From the human T2T-CHM13v2.0 reference genome, Homo sapiens: a stretch of DNA of 64,000 nucleotides. Position 1 is the stretch's first letter, and every line of letters starts with the position of its first letter. Positions 59,701-64,000 of this stretch are shown piece by piece. The DNA is taken from the NCBI RefSeq assembly GCF_009914755.1, contig NC_060940.1. The stretch is one strand, 5' to 3'. Under the pieces are notes generated by a model. The model worked only from the letters and a program-made list of their open reading frames with translations. It was not told where the DNA came from and made no database searches. The position numbers and the translations under genes are program-made.

Positions 59701-62349
59701 TCTTTTCAAGTTCATTAGATGATTCCATTCGATTCCATTTGATGATGATCCCATTCGAGTCCATTTGATGATTCCACTCCTTTCCATTCCATGATGATTC
59801 CATTCCATTCCATTCAATGATTCCATTCGATTCCGTTTGATGATGATTTCATTCGAGTCCATTTGATGATTCCATTTGATTCCATTCGATGATGATTACA
59901 TTCGAGTCCATACGATGATTCCACTCAATTCCATATGATGATGATTCCATTCGATTCCATTCGATGATTCCACTTGATTCCATTTACGATGATTCCATTC
60001 TATTCCATGTGATGATTCCATTCAGTTGTATTCAATGCTGTTTCCATTTGATTCCATTCGACCATGATTGCCTTTGATTCCATTCAATGACTCCATTCGG
60101 TTCCTTTTGATGATGATTCCGTTCGATTCCATTTCATTATTCCATTTGATTCCATTGGATGAGTCCATTCGATTACATTCGATGATTATTCCATTCGAGT
60201 GCATTAGATGATTCCATTCGAGTCCATTCGATGATTCCATTCGATTCCATTCGATGTTGATTCTGTTCAAATCCATTCGATGATTCCACTCGATTCCATT
60301 CGATGACTCCAGTTGATCCCATTCGATGATTTCCTTTGATTCCCTTTGATGATCATTCCATTTGATTCAAGTCGGTGATTTCATTTGGTTCCATTCAGTG
60401 ATGTTTCCATTCGACTCCATTCGATGATGATTCCATTCGACTCCATTCGATTATGATTTCATTCAATTCCATTCGATAATGATTCCCTTCGAGTCCATTC
60501 GATGATTCCATTCGATTCCATTCAACGATGATTTGATTCGTGTCCATTCGATGATTCCATTTGATTCCACTTGATGATGATTCCATTCGAGTCCATTTGA
60601 TGATTCCATTCAATTCCATTCTCCGATGATTTCTTTTGAGCCCATTCAATGCTTCCACTCGATTCCATATGATGATGACTCCATTCGATGAAATTCGATG
60701 ATGATTCCCTTTGATTCCATTCAAAGATGATTCCATTCTAGCCCATTCAATCATTCCATTCGATTCTATTCAATGATGATTCCATTCATGTCGATTTGGT
60801 GATTCCATTTGACTTCATTTGATGATGATTCCTTTCAAGTTCATTAGATGATTCCATTAGATTCCATTTGATGATGATCCCATTGGAGTCCATTCAGTGA
60901 TTCCACTCGTTTCCATTCCATGATGATTCCATTCCATTCCATTCAATGATTCCATTCGATTCCGTTTGATGATGATTTCATTTGAGTCCATTTGATGATT
61001 CCATTTGATTCCATTCGATGATGATTACATTCGAGTCCATACGATGATTCCACTCAATTCCATATGATGATGATTCCATTCGATTCCATTCGATGATTCC
61101 ATTCTTTTCTATTCAATGGTGATTCCATTCGAGTACATTAGATGATTCCATTCGATTCCATTCAATGATGATTCTATTTGTGTCCCTTAGATGGTTCCAC
61201 ATGATTCCATTTCATGATGATACTATTTGAGCCCATCCAATGATTCCCTTCGATTCCATTCGATGAGGATTCCATTCGATTCAATTCATTGGTGATTCTA
61301 TTCAATTCAATTCTTTGATTCCATTCCATTCCATTCGACAATGATTCCATTCGATTTCTTTCGATGATTCCACTCGATTCCACTTGACATTGATTCCATT
61401 CGATTCCATTCAATGATTCCGTTTGATTCCAGTGGATGATGATTGCCATCGATTCCATTCGATCACTCCATTCTATTCCATTTGATGATGATTACATTCG
61501 ATTCCATTTGATGATTCCATCTGATTCTATTCGAGGATTCCATTTGATTCCATTCGATGATGATTCCATTCGAGTGCATTCGATGATTTCATTCGAGTAC
61601 ATCCAATGATTCCATTCGAGTCCATTTGATGATTCCATTTAATTCCATTTGATTATGATTCTACTAGAGTCCATTCAATGACTCCATTCGAATCCATTCA
61701 ACAATTCCATTCGAGGCCATTCGATGATTCCATTTCATGATTCCATTCGAGTCCATTTAATCATTACAGTCGAGTCCATTTGGTGATTCCACTGGATTTC
61801 TTTTGATAATGATACCATTCAATTACATTTGATGATGATCCCATTCAATTTCATTTGATGGTGATTCCATTAGAGTCCATTCGATGATTTCATTCGAGTC
61901 CCTTCATTGATTCCATCCGATTTCATTGGATGATGACTCCATTCGAGTCCATTCGATGATTCCACTCGATTCCATTAGATGATTCCATTGGAGTCCATTT
62001 GATTGTTCCATTCGATTCTATTCGATTCCTTTCGAAGATTATTCCATTTGAGTCCATTCGATGATGATTCCATTCCATTCCATTCGATGATTCCGTTTGA
62101 TTCCATTCGATGATTCCCTTCGATTCCTTTCTTTGATGATTCCATTCCATTCCATTCAATGATTCCATTCGAATCTATTCCATGATGATTCCTTTCGATT
62201 CCATTCGCTGATGTTTCCGTTCAATTCCATTCGATGATGATTCCATTCGATTCCATTCATTGAGGATTCCATTTGATTCCATTCAATGATGATTCCATTC
62301 TATTCCATTCAATGATTGCATTCAATTCCATTCAATGATTATCCCATTA

Positions 62350-64000
62350 GAGTAAACTCAACGATTCCATTCAATACCATTCGATGATGATTCCTTTTGA
62401 GTCCATTCAATGATTTCATTCAAGTCCATTTGATGATTCCTTTCAATTCCATTCTATGATGATTCCATTCGAGTCCATTCGATGATTCCATTCGATTGCA
62501 TTCGATGATTCCATTATATTCCAGTCAACGATGATTCCATTCGAGTCCATTCCATGATTCCATTAGAGTACATTTAATGATTGCTTTGTTTTCAATTCGA
62601 AGATGATTACATTGGATTCCATTCTATGATACCATTCGATTCCATTCAATGATGATTCCACTCAAATCCATTGGATGATTCCATTCGTGTCCATTCGGTG
62701 ATTTCATTAGATTCCATTCAAGGATGATTCCATTCGATTCCATTCGATGATTCCATTCAATTCCATTCGATGATGATTCCATTCGAGTCCATTCGATGAT
62801 TCCATTCGAGTCCATTTAATGATTCCATTGGGTTCAATTCAATGATGATTACATTGGATTCCGTTCTATGATTCCATTCAATTCCGTTCATTGACAATTT
62901 GATTCCATTCGATGATGATTCCATTTGAGTTCATTCGATGATTCTATTCGATTCTCTTCGATGGTGATTCAATTCTATTATATTGGATGATTCCATTCGA
63001 TTCCATTTGATGTTGATTCAATTCGATTCTATTCGATGATGATTCCATTGGATTTCACTTGATGATTCTATTCGATTCCATTCAATGATGATTCACTTCT
63101 CGTCCATTGGATGATTCCATTTCATTCCATTCGATGATGATTCCATTCGATTCCATTCGATGATTCCATTTGATTCCATGCGACGGTGAGCAATTCGATT
63201 CAATTCCATGATGATTCTATTTGATTCAATTAGATGATGTTTCCATTCGAATCCATTCCATGATTATTCCATTGGAATCCATTTGGCGATGATTCCATAT
63301 GAGTCAATTCAATGATGATTCCATATGGGTCCGTTCGATGATAATTCCATTTGATTTCATTCGATGCTTCTATTCTATTCCAGTCGATGATGATTCCGTT
63401 GGAGTCCATACGATGATTCCATTTGATTTCATTTGATGATGATTCCATTCGATGATGATTACATTGGATTCCATTCTATGATTCCATTCAATTCCATTCG
63501 TTGATGATTCGATTCCATTCAATGATGATTCCATTTGAGTTCATTCGATGATTCTATTCGATTCCGTTCGATGGTGATTCAATTCTATTATATTGGATGA
63601 TTCCACTCGATTCCATTTGATGATTATTCCATTGGAGTCCACTTAGTGAATCCTTTAGATTCTACTCGACGATGATTCCATTCGAGTCCATTCAATGATA
63701 CCATTCAATTTCATTCGTTGATGCTTCCATTCAAGTGCATTCGATGATATCATTCGATTCCATTTGATGATAATTCCATTTGATTCCATGCGATGATTCT
63801 ATTCGATTCCATTCAATGATAATTCCATTCAATTCAGTGATTCCTCTGGACTCCATTTGATGATGATTCCATTCAATGATTCCATTCGATTCTATTCCAA
63901 AATGATTCCATTTGAATCCATTTGATGATGATTCCATTAGATTCCATTTGATGATTCCATTCGATTGCATTTGACGATGATTCCATTCGATTCCATTTGA
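62350..64000 (+). repeat. Partial unit with a B-type head (probable BC5), carrying a 98-bp deletion
   Basis: B alleles GCGACGGTGAGC, TTTGGCGATG, CTATTCCAAAATG, GATTGCATTTGACG. Truncated by the window edge, so X is not observed. Confidence 0.75.
63222..63232 (-). promoter_or_regulatory. Candidate DUX4 binding motif TAATTGAATCA
   Basis: Identical motif at the homologous unit position. Confidence 0.5.

Larger units (their letters stand above)
51238..62349 (+). repeat. Higher-order unit BC4* (11,112 bp = 9,983 + 1,129 complex insertion)
   Basis: Directly follows BC3 with no A unit between them. Extra sequence at 59973-61101. Confidence 0.9.
1..64000 (+). repeat. Human Satellite II (HSat2/HSATII) tandem array, probably HSat2B (6.1-kb period typical of chr16q11.2)
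   Basis: Continuous diverged ATTCCATTCG-ATTCCATTCG-ATG(ATG) 23/26-bp monomers with abundant TCGA and GAGTC. Same orientation throughout. Landmarks recur at exactly 6,112 bp (e.g. ORF track 624/6736, 2530/8642, 16683/22795). The subfamily and chromosome assignment is inferred from the period and is less certain than the HSat2 call. Confidence 0.97.

Noticed and set aside
183-63970. About 150 minus-strand ORFs (60-164 aa) rich in MESNGIIEWN
   Set aside because: These are direct translations of the GAATG strand of the 23/26-bp monomer, which supplies many ATGs. They overlap in several frames, recur with the repeat period, and are made or broken by single SNVs. There are no domains or gene structure.
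1-64000. CRISPR-like array of 23-26 bp repeats
   Set aside because: There are no unique spacers, leader or cas genes. The monomers are contiguous and degenerate.
1-64000. HSat3 (CATTC)n or alpha satellite
   Set aside because: Pure CATTC runs rarely exceed three copies and the ATG-interrupted CATTCGATTC pattern is diagnostic of HSat2. There is no 171-bp alphoid monomer and I noticed no CENP-B box.
1-64000. A novel gene-based biological system hidden in the window
   Set aside because: Reading end to end, I found no non-satellite island on either strand. All complexity is repeat architecture.

Overview
The entire 64 kb window is non-coding pericentromeric Human Satellite II (HSat2/HSATII). It consists of diverged 23/26-bp monomers (ATTCCATTCG)2(ATG)1-2, all on the CATTC strand. 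I see no genes, RNA genes, transposons or CRISPR arrays, and all listed ORFs are translation artefacts of the repeat. The 6,112-bp period fits the HSat2B array of human chr16q11.2 (inference, not verified). The informative signal is architectural. Using the once-per-unit landmark GAGTAAACTC (1051, 7163, 17110, 23222, 33205, 41255, 51238, 62350), the array parses into two blocks. Block A is 6,112 bp. Block BC is 9,983 bp: an A-like unit with a 1,831-bp segment 'X' between two diverged ~2.3-kb direct repeats. The order is (A)-A-BC-A-BC-A*-BC-BC*-(BC), so the period drifts from 6.1 kb through 16.1 kb to 10.0 kb. I also see a 2-kb tandem duplication, a 1.13-kb template-switch insertion, indels sized in monomer multiples, gene-conversion-like patches and one invariant DUX4-type motif per unit. 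I found no evidence of a new gene-based biological system.
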